Positions 26,612 through 35,363 of a DNA stretch of 53,011 nucleotides are shown piece after piece. Every line of letters begins with the position of its first letter. Position 1 is the first letter of the stretch. A program made the translations under genes and the position numbers. The notes beneath the pieces were generated by a model. It made no database searches, was not told where the DNA came from, and saw nothing but the letters and a program-made list of their open reading frames with translations. The DNA comes from a virus (taxonomy: Duplodnaviria; Caudoviricetes): positions 1 to 53,011 of IMG/VR virus record IMGVR_UViG_3300011994_000001; one strand, 5' to 3'.

Positions 26612-27549
26612 AAGTAAGTTACTCCAGATCGTCAACCTACCAGGGTTGTCCGAACGCTCACTATCTTGGGTATGTAGAGTGTCTAACGACTAACAAGGTT
26701 GTTAGACCTCTATCCTTCGGATCAGATATGCACACTCTTCTCCAATACCGAATTAAGCCAAAGAAACTAATCAAGGCTAAAAAGGAAATTGAGAAGGTGT
26801 ACCGCGCCCTGAAACCCCGAGAGCAGGAGGAGTTAGGACAAAACTATCTATCTGACGTCTTCACCGTGTTTGGGGATTATCAGGAGGTCTGGAAGGGTAA
26901 GGAGTTACCCCGAGAAACGGAACACGATTTTGAAATACCTATGGGAAAGATCAAGGGCGAACCTGTTATTTTCAAGGGTATTATTGACGAGGTGTACGAT
27001 TCCAAGGTACTAGGAGAGCATAAGACCTTTACTATAGCCCCCAAGATGAGTATCCTAGCTATGAATACCCAAGTATGCTTATATGCAAAGGCTCACGAGT
27101 TGGAGACGGGGGAAGTCCTTGAGAGGGTACGCTGGGATTATATCCGAAGTTCTCCAGCGTTGGAACCGCTCTGGCTACCGAAGTCTAACCGATTCAGCGA
27201 AGCTTCTAACTCTAAAATCACGAATTTGAGTTGGCTAAGAGCCTGCCAGAGCCGTGGGATTACCGACCCCCTAGTATTAGCCAAGGCGAACAATTACAAG
27301 CCTAATTTGTCTGACTCTTTCTTCCGTTGCGACGTTGAACTTATACCAGAAATGGTAGATTCTGTTTGGGAAGACTTTAAGTTTGTAGCCAAGGATATCG
27401 TTAACAGGGGTAAGACTAACAAAATCAAGCGTATAACCCGAGATTGCGATTGGTGTAACTTCCGACCTATATGCTATGCCGAATTCACGGGGGCGGATGT
27501 AGACTATATCAAAAAACACGATTATGTATACAGAGAAAGAAAGGATTGA
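26608..27549 (+). CDS. Cas4/RecB-like PD-(D/E)XK exonuclease with Fe-S staple; probable CTG start
   Basis: SYS...Y..CP..HYL upstream of ATG 26728; GIID, EHKT, Q..LY; C-terminal CDWCNFRPIC. Confidence 0.85.
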   Translation: MKVSYSRSSTYQGCPNAHYLGYVECLTTNKVVRPLSFGSDMHTLLQYRIKPKKLIKAKKEIEKVYRALKPREQEELGQNYLSDVFTVFGDYQEVWKGKELPRETEHDFEIPMGKIKGEPVIFKGIIDEVYDSKVLGEHKTFTIAPKMSILAMNTQVCLYAKAHELETGEVLERVRWDYIRSSPALEPLWLPKSNRFSEASNSKITNLSWLRACQSRGITDPLVLAKANNYKPNLSDSFFRCDVELIPEMVDSVWEDFKFVAKDIVNRGKTNKIKRITRDCDWCNFRPICYAEFTGADVDYIKKHDYVYRERKD

Positions 27550-27920
27550 TTATTTTGGATAAATCAACTATGACGGGACAATCTAAGGAGAGCTTGGACG
27601 CTTTCAAAGAAAATAGGAGTAAACTTCTTGGAACGCCTATCGACGCTCTTGATAAACCCCCTACTATCCAGTTAAAGTTTACCCTGAGAACTCCCGAGGG
27701 AGATAAAGTTCAAGAGTCCGAGGGAGACTGCTTCGTTGGTATCTGCTTAGCGGAGGAACCTGGTAGGTTCAAAGTTAATATGCTGGGTGGCGGGGCGTTC
27801 AATATGGATAGAACTCTTGCGATGCTACAAGCTCTTGACCAGATGAAGGAGAAACTTATCAAGGATATGATTTCTAATGATCCTCTTGTAGCGTTACGCG
27901 GAATGATGGGTAGCCTGTAG
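27546..27920 (+). CDS. Hypothetical protein
   Basis: TTGA-coupled start; fills the operon gap. Confidence 0.55.
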   Translation: MIILDKSTMTGQSKESLDAFKENRSKLLGTPIDALDKPPTIQLKFTLRTPEGDKVQESEGDCFVGICLAEEPGRFKVNMLGGGAFNMDRTLAMLQALDQMKEKLIKDMISNDPLVALRGMMGSL

Positions 27921-28654
27921 TGGGCGACGTACTAGACCGAGCAGTCGATATCAGCGAGTTAGGACAGAGAAATCTCTGGGTTATATACGGGAAAAGTACA
28001 AGCGGTAAAACTGGTCTGCTAGCCACTTTCCCAAAGCCCATTCTCTATTTACAGATAGGTGATGACGGTAGCAATACCATATCCGAAGTAGACGGTATAA
28101 AAGCCATACGAATAACCGAGATTGCCGACCTCAACTCAGCCCTTATCGAAGCAAGGTTGGATACCTACTACAAGACCGTTGCAGTGGACACTTTCTCCCT
28201 CCTAGTAAACGAATGGACGGATGTAAACGCTATCCAAAAGAAGAAGAAAATGTCTATGAATATGTGGGGAGACTTGAAGACCGATACTGAGGAATTAGTC
28301 AAGCTAGCCCATATTCTAGCCCTCAAAAAGATCGTGGTTCTAACTTGCCACGAGGTATCTGATTCCATAGAAGGTTTTGAGGATGAGATCACTCCTGACG
28401 TTCGACCTAGCGTAAGTAAGGGGGCTAGAACCTATCTTGAGGGTATGGCAAATTACGGTATCCATACTACTCTTATAACCAAAGATAAACAACAGCCCGA
28501 TGGTTCTATAGCCGAAGTGGTATTGCACGCAGCTCACCTAGGACCAAACCCGTACTACTGGAATAAAACTCAAAAGTCTACTAGTATCAAGCTTCCAAAG
28601 ATTATGATTAATCCAACGTACGCTAAAATTATGAAAAAAATTAAGGGGGAATAA
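27920..28654 (+). CDS. Sak4-like (AAA_24) recombination ATPase
   Basis: YGKSTSGKT, YKTVAVDT, WG, VLTCHE; between exonuclease and SSB. Confidence 0.85.
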   Translation: MGDVLDRAVDISELGQRNLWVIYGKSTSGKTGLLATFPKPILYLQIGDDGSNTISEVDGIKAIRITEIADLNSALIEARLDTYYKTVAVDTFSLLVNEWTDVNAIQKKKKMSMNMWGDLKTDTEELVKLAHILALKKIVVLTCHEVSDSIEGFEDEITPDVRPSVSKGARTYLEGMANYGIHTTLITKDKQQPDGSIAEVVLHAAHLGPNPYYWNKTQKSTSIKLPKIMINPTYAKIMKKIKGE

Positions 28655-28660
28655 TTAATT

Positions 28661-29380
28661 ATGGCAAAGATTAAATTGGATTTTACAGGGGTAGAAAGCT
28701 ATATCAAGTGTGCTGAGGGAGAACATATCTGCGTACTCAAAGAGGTTGAGGAAGTCAAAGCCAAGTCTTCAGGAGCCGATATGCTCAAGTGTGTCTTTGA
28801 AGTATCCAAGGGTAGCTCTACGGGTGCGATCTTGTACGATAACTTCGTGTTAACTCAAAAGGCTTTATGGAAGCTCAAGGGGTTCTTGGAGATTATGGGA
28901 CAGAAGGTAGCAGACGGTAAGATGTCTCTTGACCTATCCAAATTAGTAGGACGAGCCTGTATTGTAAGCGTCAAATACGAAATGTACGAGGGTAAGGAAC
29001 AATCCCGAGTTGACTCGTATCGTAAACTTGAACTGGAACCTTCTGGGGACGAAGATGACGAGGACATCGATGACGAGGACGATGAAGAAGATGATGAGCC
29101 TGTAGAAACTCCTAAGCAAAAGAAAGCGCGTCTTGCGGCTGAGGCAGAAGCTAAGGCAAAAGAACTAGCCAAGAAGAAAGCCAAAAAGAAACCCGAGCCT
29201 GAGCCTGAAGATGAAGATGAAGATGAAGAGGAAGAAGATGACGAAGAACCTGCCGAGACGCCTAAGCAGAAAAAAGCTAGGGAGAAAGCAGAAGCTGAAG
29301 CCAAAGCTAAAAAGAAACCTAAGAAGAAACCTCCTGTCGAGGAAGATGAGGATGAGGAGTGGGACGAAGAGGACGAATAA
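28661..29380 (+). CDS. DUF669-type single-stranded DNA-binding protein with long acidic/basic tail
   Basis: LDFTGVE...EG.H...SSG..ML...F...DNF.L..KALWKLK. Confidence 0.8.
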   Translation: MAKIKLDFTGVESYIKCAEGEHICVLKEVEEVKAKSSGADMLKCVFEVSKGSSTGAILYDNFVLTQKALWKLKGFLEIMGQKVADGKMSLDLSKLVGRACIVSVKYEMYEGKEQSRVDSYRKLELEPSGDEDDEDIDDEDDEEDDEPVETPKQKKARLAAEAEAKAKELAKKKAKKKPEPEPEDEDEDEEEEDDEEPAETPKQKKAREKAEAEAKAKKKPKKKPPVEEDEDEEWDEEDE

Positions 29381-29396
29381 TCAAGGACTACTTGGG

Positions 29397-29421
29397 GGAG
29401 CGGTGACGCTCCTCTATTTTT
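29397..29421 (+). terminator. Intrinsic terminator
   Basis: GGAGCG-GTGA-CGCTCC then TCTATTTTT. Confidence 0.7.
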
Positions 29422-29431
29422 AAAATAAGTG

Positions 29432-29460
29432 TTTACTTTTTGAAGAAAGTATAGTATACT
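29432..29460 (+). promoter_or_regulatory. sigmaA-like promoter for the dehydrogenase-AADT-glycosyltransferase-HAD operon
   Basis: TTTACT-N17-TATACT. Confidence 0.75.
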
Positions 29461-29503
29461 ATTACTGTAGGGCGAATACACTAGTAAGTTGAGGAGGAGA
29501 GTT

Positions 29504-30505
29504 ATGTTAAATGTTAGATCCATCGAACACGGCAGAGGTACTATCCAGGGTATAAAATTTCTGATTGAGGGCAAGGATACGTTGGTAATTACCAGTCAAT
29601 CCGCTTGGTCATCGCTTAGAAAACTGTTGGCTTTTGGACCCGTAAATGTATTTTCAGCTACCTCTGTATCTCAGAAGAGTTTGGACGAGTTACTCGCTAT
29701 GTCTAAGAGGTTCAAGACCATTATCGGTATCGGGGGAGGTATGGTAATTGACTCAGCTAAGTACGTTGCTTGGATTACTGGAGCTAGACTTGTTCTTGTT
29801 CCTACTGTGTTATCAACTAACGCGTTTGCTACGGAAGCAATAGGCGTTCGTACCGAGGAAGGCAAAGTAGTGTATGTAGGTAACTCTCGTGCTGATAAGC
29901 TTATTGTAGACTTCGATCTGTTGAGAATGTCTCCCCCAGCGTTAAACTACTCAGGTACAGTAGACGTACTATCTTGCCATACAGCTACCCGAGATTGGGA
30001 GATAGCGGTTGAAGACGGAGTACTGAGTCACCCCTTAGACCTTCAGGCAGGTCGCAAAGCCCGCCAATTAGTGAACCGTATAGATAACTACTCTGAAGAC
30101 ATTAGAGAGCTTACGGACATCGGTTTGAAGGTCTTATTAGACTGCTTGCTAGATACCGCTGAGATATGTCAACCGCTAGGACACTACCGAGCGGAGGAAG
30201 GATCAGAACACTTCTTATTTTACGCTATCGAGAAGATACTCAAAAGACCGTTTATCCACGGTCAGATAGTAGGCCTGGGAATACAGATTATGAGTAGTCT
30301 ACAGGTAAACAGTACCAACGATATATCCTGTGTTATGAAGGATATCGGTCTTAATATAACCCCTAAGTCAATGGGTATTACCAAGGACGTTCTTAGACAA
30401 GCTTTGGTTGATCTTAGGACGTATCCTCAACCCTGGCATACGATTATTGATAGGGGTATATCAGATAGTTTTATCGAGCAAACGTTGTATTATTTGGAAT
30501 TCTAG
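29504..30505 (+). CDS. Glycerol-1-phosphate dehydrogenase-like (EgsA/AraM, DHQS/Fe-ADH superfamily)
   Basis: GIGGGMVIDSAKY, VPTVLST, SG..DVLS..TA..DW..A, GSEH, HGQIVGLG; ATG 29504 after GAGGAGG. Confidence 0.82.
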   Translation: MLNVRSIEHGRGTIQGIKFLIEGKDTLVITSQSAWSSLRKLLAFGPVNVFSATSVSQKSLDELLAMSKRFKTIIGIGGGMVIDSAKYVAWITGARLVLVPTVLSTNAFATEAIGVRTEEGKVVYVGNSRADKLIVDFDLLRMSPPALNYSGTVDVLSCHTATRDWEIAVEDGVLSHPLDLQAGRKARQLVNRIDNYSEDIRELTDIGLKVLLDCLLDTAEICQPLGHYRAEEGSEHFLFYAIEKILKRPFIHGQIVGLGIQIMSSLQVNSTNDISCVMKDIGLNITPKSMGITKDVLRQALVDLRTYPQPWHTIIDRGISDSFIEQTLYYLEF

Positions 30506-30516
30506 GAGGTTGTGTT

Positions 30517-31470
30517 ATGGATCTGTATAATATACACGGGGATACGGGCGGGGATTGGAGAATGAACAAGTTCAAAGAGTATTGCGACGGAGATATTGAC
30601 GACACGCTTGCTCCTATGAACTGGTTACTCAAAAAGGCGGGGGCTAATCGAGGAGATAGAATATGGGCGTCATTTCTCTATTCTACCTGCTATTGCCTAG
30701 GAACAACGATGTTTATGTATAACGAGTTATTCTATGGTACGCTGACACCCAGGAAATTAGACGAATTCTGGGAGGACTACAAAAAAGATCTGGTATTCCA
30801 AACAGACCGTAAGTACGCGAAGAATCTAAACTGGTTTGTGCCTATGGTAGTTCAGTTTATGGCTAAGACCAAGAGAGACCCAGAAAAGTACTTCAGACCG
30901 CTTCTAACAGGTACGCCCGAGGAAGTATACCGTAAGATGTACAAAGAGGTTTCAGGATGGAAGTTCTTTGGACGATTCTCCACGATACTATTCCTCAAGA
31001 CCCTCATATCTATTCTCCCTATCGAAATGGACTTTGATACAGAGTACGATTGGGCTAATGGAGAAACCACTACCGCGGGGGCTCTTATCTTACACTACCG
31101 CGACGAAGAAGCCAAACAGTTTCTCCTAGATCATAAGATCACGCCTGACATGAAGAAGTATTTTGACGAGTTACTGGAAGAGTGTAAAGGCAAGATAGCG
31201 GGTAATATGCTCCATACCTCATCCGCTTTTTGTAGTCACTTTAAATTATACAAAGAGCAAAGGTACCTTGGATATTACGTTGATCGAGGTCAACACGAAC
31301 TTAGAACTCTACAAAAGAACCTACCTCAAGCTCACGAGCTGTGGGACCGAATATGGATAGCCCGAAGAAGGACTATTGATTGGAAGTATCTTGGGGAGAT
31401 CAACGGTTGGGCTGGTACAAGACCTGAGAAGTGTCATGACTTTATGAAAACTGGAAGGATGTATGAATAA
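30517..31470 (+). CDS. Amino acid:DNA transferase (AADT, aGPT-Pplase2 family)
   Basis: DID..L, W..FLY..CY...T, L.FQTDRKY, FGRFS...FL, C..K...RY.GYY.DR. Confidence 0.82.
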   Translation: MDLYNIHGDTGGDWRMNKFKEYCDGDIDDTLAPMNWLLKKAGANRGDRIWASFLYSTCYCLGTTMFMYNELFYGTLTPRKLDEFWEDYKKDLVFQTDRKYAKNLNWFVPMVVQFMAKTKRDPEKYFRPLLTGTPEEVYRKMYKEVSGWKFFGRFSTILFLKTLISILPIEMDFDTEYDWANGETTTAGALILHYRDEEAKQFLLDHKITPDMKKYFDELLEECKGKIAGNMLHTSSAFCSHFKLYKEQRYLGYYVDRGQHELRTLQKNLPQAHELWDRIWIARRRTIDWKYLGEINGWAGTRPEKCHDFMKTGRMYE

Positions 31471-31643
31471 TGACAGACGCTATAAAAGATACCAAAATTA
31501 ATCTTTGTTCTACTTGCGCGTTTGAGATTCCTTCTTGCGAAGCTAGTCCTGAAGATATTGAGTTCGGCGACGGTCTGAGTAATGATAATGTAATACTTTG
31601 TAAGCATTATGAGCTGGAAGAAGGAATTGTTTATGAGCAATAA
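31470..31643 (+). CDS. Small Cys-rich protein (57 aa, not in ORF track)
   Basis: TAATG coupling to AADT; NLCSTC.FEIPSC...IEFGDG..NDNVILC..Y. Confidence 0.65.
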   Translation: MTDAIKDTKINLCSTCAFEIPSCEASPEDIEFGDGLSNDNVILCKHYELEEGIVYEQ

Positions 31644-32601
31644 TGAATGGCAAGAAGGCAAGCCTTATCGAACTGAGAAAATTAGCAGAAAGGTAGCGGG
31701 ACGAAAGCTTGAGATTCCAATTTGTATCCCGTCCTACGGTAGACCCGACTCAGCTATGTTCAAGATTTTAGAGAAAGAACCCGATCTGCCTATGGTTTTC
31801 TTTATCCGAGAGGAGCAGAAAGAGCTGTATGCAGGATTGAAGGGCAAAGCCCGTATAGTTACTCTAAAGAACGTGGATAACATAGGACAGACCCGAGCTA
31901 AGATTGTAAAGTGGGCTCATAAGCAGGGTTACGAGAATATATTTATGTTTGACGATAAAGTAACCGCTGTAAATGCCCTCGCTCCTAGACTTAGCAGGAA
32001 CGATAATTGGTCGATGAGCAAGTTTACTACGACGATGTATCAAGCTCTTCAAGTTTGGGAATACCTTATCAGAAAGTACAAACCCTGCATGTCAGGAGGT
32101 CTCCACAAAGGATTCAGTTTCTCCCCAGGTAACATCAACGCTGAGCCTGAGATAGCCCCGGGTATATGGTGCGCTATACAACTTAACGTCGATATGTTGT
32201 CTGAGAATGATATTAACTACCGAGACAGTAATATATACGGTCACGAGGATAACATAATGGAGATAGAGGTTATGCAGAAGCGTCTAAAGCATATTTGCTT
32301 CAAGGATATCGAGTTTGATAACATACCTTCCTCCGACAAGTATACGGGCGGGATTCAGGATACGTGCCCCGAGAGCGAGACTAGACTGGAACGGGTAAGT
32401 AGACTATCTGATCTTGTAGAGAAGTTCGTAGGCAAGGGTCACCCTGGAATAATATTTTATACTTGGAAAGACGGAGCGAGATATGTGCGCATGAATTGGA
32501 AATACTGGAGAAAGCATTACTCCGAAGAACCTAAATTGACTAAGAAACAAATCGATCGTTTTAACGTATTGAAATTGTCGGAGGTATCCAAGGATGAGTA
32601 G
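31633..32601 (+). CDS. GT-A fold DNA glycosyltransferase (TET/J-associated, TAGT-like)
   Basis: ICIPSYGRP, IGQTR..I, FMFDD, HED motifs. Confidence 0.75.
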   Translation: MSNNEWQEGKPYRTEKISRKVAGRKLEIPICIPSYGRPDSAMFKILEKEPDLPMVFFIREEQKELYAGLKGKARIVTLKNVDNIGQTRAKIVKWAHKQGYENIFMFDDKVTAVNALAPRLSRNDNWSMSKFTTTMYQALQVWEYLIRKYKPCMSGGLHKGFSFSPGNINAEPEIAPGIWCAIQLNVDMLSENDINYRDSNIYGHEDNIMEIEVMQKRLKHICFKDIEFDNIPSSDKYTGGIQDTCPESETRLERVSRLSDLVEKFVGKGHPGIIFYTWKDGARYVRMNWKYWRKHYSEEPKLTKKQIDRFNVLKLSEVSKDE

Positions 32602-32992
32602 AATATTGGATCAAGCAGAGTACGATTCTCTCCCTAAAATTGCGGCGGTAGACTTCGATGGAACCCTGGCTATTGTAAAAAACTATCGAGGAACTGGCGT
32701 TGCTAATCGCCTAGTAATGGATAGGGTCAAGAGACTGCAGAAAGAGGGCTGGAAGCTTATCCTATGGACCTGTAGAGACGATGAGAACGAGGACATGGAG
32801 TTGACGTCTGCGGTACTATTCTGTGCAAAACACGGGCTATTCTTCGATGCGGTCAACGAGAATATCAAGGAAGTTCAAGACCTTATGGAAGGAGATACGC
32901 GAAAGATATATGCTAACGTGTACATTGACGATAAGTCAATAGTAGACTGGGATAAAATATTACCTTTACTTTTAGAGGAAAGAGTAGTATAA
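32594..32992 (+). CDS. HAD-superfamily phosphatase (copy 1)
   Basis: AVDFDGTL, ILWTCR, FDAVNEN, RK..A.VYIDDK. Confidence 0.88.
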   Translation: MSRILDQAEYDSLPKIAAVDFDGTLAIVKNYRGTGVANRLVMDRVKRLQKEGWKLILWTCRDDENEDMELTSAVLFCAKHGLFFDAVNENIKEVQDLMEGDTRKIYANVYIDDKSIVDWDKILPLLLEERVV

Positions 32993-32993
32993 T
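32965..32993 (+). promoter_or_regulatory. sigmaA-like promoter embedded in the HAD gene 3' end
   Basis: TTTACT-N17-TATAAT. Confidence 0.7.
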
Positions 32994-33036
32994 TGAGTTG
33001 TTGAGGGAATAGAATATAGGTTAGAGAGGAGCGAAC

Positions 33037-33654
33037 ATGAAACTACTTGTAAATATACGCGGGACAAACGGAGCGGGAAAATCCACGATACCTATGGCTA
33101 TGCTAGACGATCCAAAGATGCACGTTGTAGGATGCGGGTACAAGGCTGAGAAGCCCTGTGCCCCGTGGCTAACTGTATTTCCTACCTACGGATGGGTTGC
33201 CTTGGGTACGTACCGAGCTAAGACGGGCGGGATGGATACTATGTCGACCAACGCTGATATAGCCTTTGCTCTAGCTACCGCTTGGGATAGATACCCAGAG
33301 AGAGATATACTAATGGAGGGTATCATAGCCTCAACGATTAAGTCCACTTATGCCGAGCTTTTTGGTAATTACCAGTCTATGGTAGACGCGGAGGAAGTTA
33401 CCCCGAGGAAGATCGTAATTATGTCGTTTGTACCGCCCTTGGAGGTATGCCTATCCCGAGTTCAGGAGCGTAACGGGGGAAAACCTGTTAAAGAGGACGC
33501 AATAGCTGGTAAGTGGAGAACGGTAGACCGAAACGTGCAGTACTTCAAAGATATGGGATTTACATCCTTGCGGATAGATAACTCCAATATCAAGAAGGAA
33601 AGTATGTTCAAGAACTTCTTGCGAACTTGTGATAAGTACCGAGAGGAGGACTAG
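33037..33654 (+). CDS. P-loop kinase, 5-hmdU DNA kinase-like
   Basis: NIRGTNGAGKST, LG.Y....GG.DT, MEG, PLEVCL.RV.ERNG. Confidence 0.82.
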   Translation: MKLLVNIRGTNGAGKSTIPMAMLDDPKMHVVGCGYKAEKPCAPWLTVFPTYGWVALGTYRAKTGGMDTMSTNADIAFALATAWDRYPERDILMEGIIASTIKSTYAELFGNYQSMVDAEEVTPRKIVIMSFVPPLEVCLSRVQERNGGKPVKEDAIAGKWRTVDRNVQYFKDMGFTSLRIDNSNIKKESMFKNFLRTCDKYREED

Positions 33655-33874
33655 ACTTGAGAGTTTGTTCTAACTGTACGCGCTCTTGGTATTGCGAATA
33701 TGCTACTAACCAGATAATATGCTTTAAATACGAGTCAACTCGTAAGTACCGTGTGTAAGCACGAATGGTCCTCTCTTGGAGGTAACCGACCTAAACGCTG
33801 TATACTCTGCGGAGAGTACGAGCAGAAGCCTAAAAACAACTTCCATATAGGTAATAAGAGGAGGAGAGTAATAC

Positions 33875-34282
33875 ATGATAGCCTACCAAGAAACTCCCGA
33901 GCAACAGACGCGAGTAGAAGCCCAAGCACTAGAGGAGCTAGCTCTTACCATGATTAGTCAATTTGAAAAGAAGAATGTTGCGTACGGCAACGCTTTTGGT
34001 AATCAGTTTCAGAAGTACGGTCCCATAGCAGGTCTTCAAAGGCTAGCTGATAAGTTCTCCCGTATTGAAGCTCTTATGCTAGGAGCTCAGAACGGAGTTC
34101 CAGATGAGAGCTTGGAGGATACGCTAATGGATAGTGCTTGCTACGCTCTTATGGTTATCTACGAGCTACGGAGAAAGAAGAAGCTTGAGGAAGAAGATTC
34201 CTTTGTTCCAAACCGCGCTAAACAACCTCCCAAGCCCGCTAAACAACCTTGGGTGGAGAGAATGGAAAACGGCGAACTGTAG
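33875..34282 (+). CDS. DUF1599 / nucleotide-modification-associated domain protein
   Basis: KKN.AYGNAF...RL.DK..RI...ESLEDTL.D.A.YALM. Confidence 0.8.
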   Translation: MIAYQETPEQQTRVEAQALEELALTMISQFEKKNVAYGNAFGNQFQKYGPIAGLQRLADKFSRIEALMLGAQNGVPDESLEDTLMDSACYALMVIYELRRKKKLEEEDSFVPNRAKQPPKPAKQPWVERMENGEL

Positions 34283-34304
34283 AAGATAAGAGGAGGGAAT
34301 AAAC

Positions 34305-35009
34305 ATGGGGTATTTAATTGCTAATAACGCTACTCAAGCTTGGGAAAGTTTGTATTATCAACTAAAAAATCAAGCTAGAAACGGGTTTTTACAACCGTCC
34401 CGAGCGGGAAATGTAGTAGGAGAAATCATAAACGCTGTAACAGTAATCAAGAACCCTCGCCAGGGTATCGTAGAATCCAAGATAAGAAATATGTCTATAA
34501 AATACGCTCTTGGAGAGTTACTTTGGTATATGTCGGGCAGTAACCGCTTGAGCGATATCTCTCCTTACTCTAAAGCTTGGGAAGGTCTATCAGACGATGG
34601 GGAGACGGTAAACTCAGCGTATGGGTACAGAATAGGTTCTATGTTTGGATTTGATCAGTACTCCTACGTGAGAGATATGCTACACAGAGACCCTTTATCG
34701 CGTCAGGCTATTATCCATATTAAAGACCCTAGTGAGAAGATAACTAAAGACACTCCTTGTACCCTGTCACTCCAATACCTCTTGCGGGACGGAAAACTGC
34801 ACGCTACCACGGTAATGCGATCAAACGATATTTGGCTTGGGTTCCCTTATGACGTATTCGCTTTTACCTCTCTACAGGTGATGATGGCTATGGAGCTAGG
34901 GGTAGACGTGGGAGAGTATACCCATATAGCTGGATCGCTACACTTGTACGAACGAGATTTGAAAGGGGCTGTAAACGTTGGAACTACACAAGATAGCGAT
35001 AAAAGTTGA
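34305..35009 (+). CDS. Thymidylate-synthase-family pyrimidine (hydroxy)methylase, dCMP-type Asp
   Basis: YALGELLWY, SDDG..VNSAYG.R, SRQA, DTPCT (catalytic Cys), MRSNDIWLGFPYD, GSLHLY. Confidence 0.88.
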   Translation: MGYLIANNATQAWESLYYQLKNQARNGFLQPSRAGNVVGEIINAVTVIKNPRQGIVESKIRNMSIKYALGELLWYMSGSNRLSDISPYSKAWEGLSDDGETVNSAYGYRIGSMFGFDQYSYVRDMLHRDPLSRQAIIHIKDPSEKITKDTPCTLSLQYLLRDGKLHATTVMRSNDIWLGFPYDVFAFTSLQVMMAMELGVDVGEYTHIAGSLHLYERDLKGAVNVGTTQDSDKS

Positions 35010-35313
35010 AGGCAGAAAAGGAGATAAGAACTGGGTTCACTTCTGCTATATCCCGCCCGAGCTAAAGGACGAGTTTGACTCCAAAGTTGAGGCGGACCCT
35101 AGATGGGTTATTAAATGGGCAAACGAGGATTTTGGTATGGGCATAGGCGAAGTTATGACCGAGATAGAACTGGATCAACTCCGAGAGCTTATCAAGGAAC
35201 GGTATCAACGATTGTACCCTGATCTTTATATCGAAAGTCAGACCGATAATCAAGGTTGGGTACGAGTTTGGATGATATCTAATATGAGGAGCGAGATCGC
35301 CAAGCGCGGTTAA
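34978..35313 (+). CDS. Hypothetical protein
   Basis: TTG start after AAAGGGG; overlaps the end of the synthase gene. Confidence 0.5.
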   Translation: MELHKIAIKVEGRKGDKNWVHFCYIPPELKDEFDSKVEADPRWVIKWANEDFGMGIGEVMTEIELDQLRELIKERYQRLYPDLYIESQTDNQGWVRVWMISNMRSEIAKRG

Positions 35314-35363
35314 ACTACCAGGGTACAGGGCACGAATATGTAGCCCAAGAGGAGGAAATAAGT

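Noticed and set aside
26608-27549. cas4 as part of a CRISPR-Cas system
   Set aside because: No other cas genes or array; it lies in the usual exonuclease-Sak4-SSB recombination module.
28855-29574. Long Ser/Phe-rich minus-strand ORF (also 25711..26076)
   Set aside because: Antisense shadow of Asp/Glu/Lys-rich plus-strand genes.
29504-30505. Archaeal-type lipid synthesis auxiliary gene
   Set aside because: No prenyltransferase or other lipid genes; its context is the DNA-modification operon.
33751-33957. 68-aa ORF before the DUF1599 gene
   Set aside because: Overlaps 33875 by more than 80 nt and has no clear RBS; not supportable.
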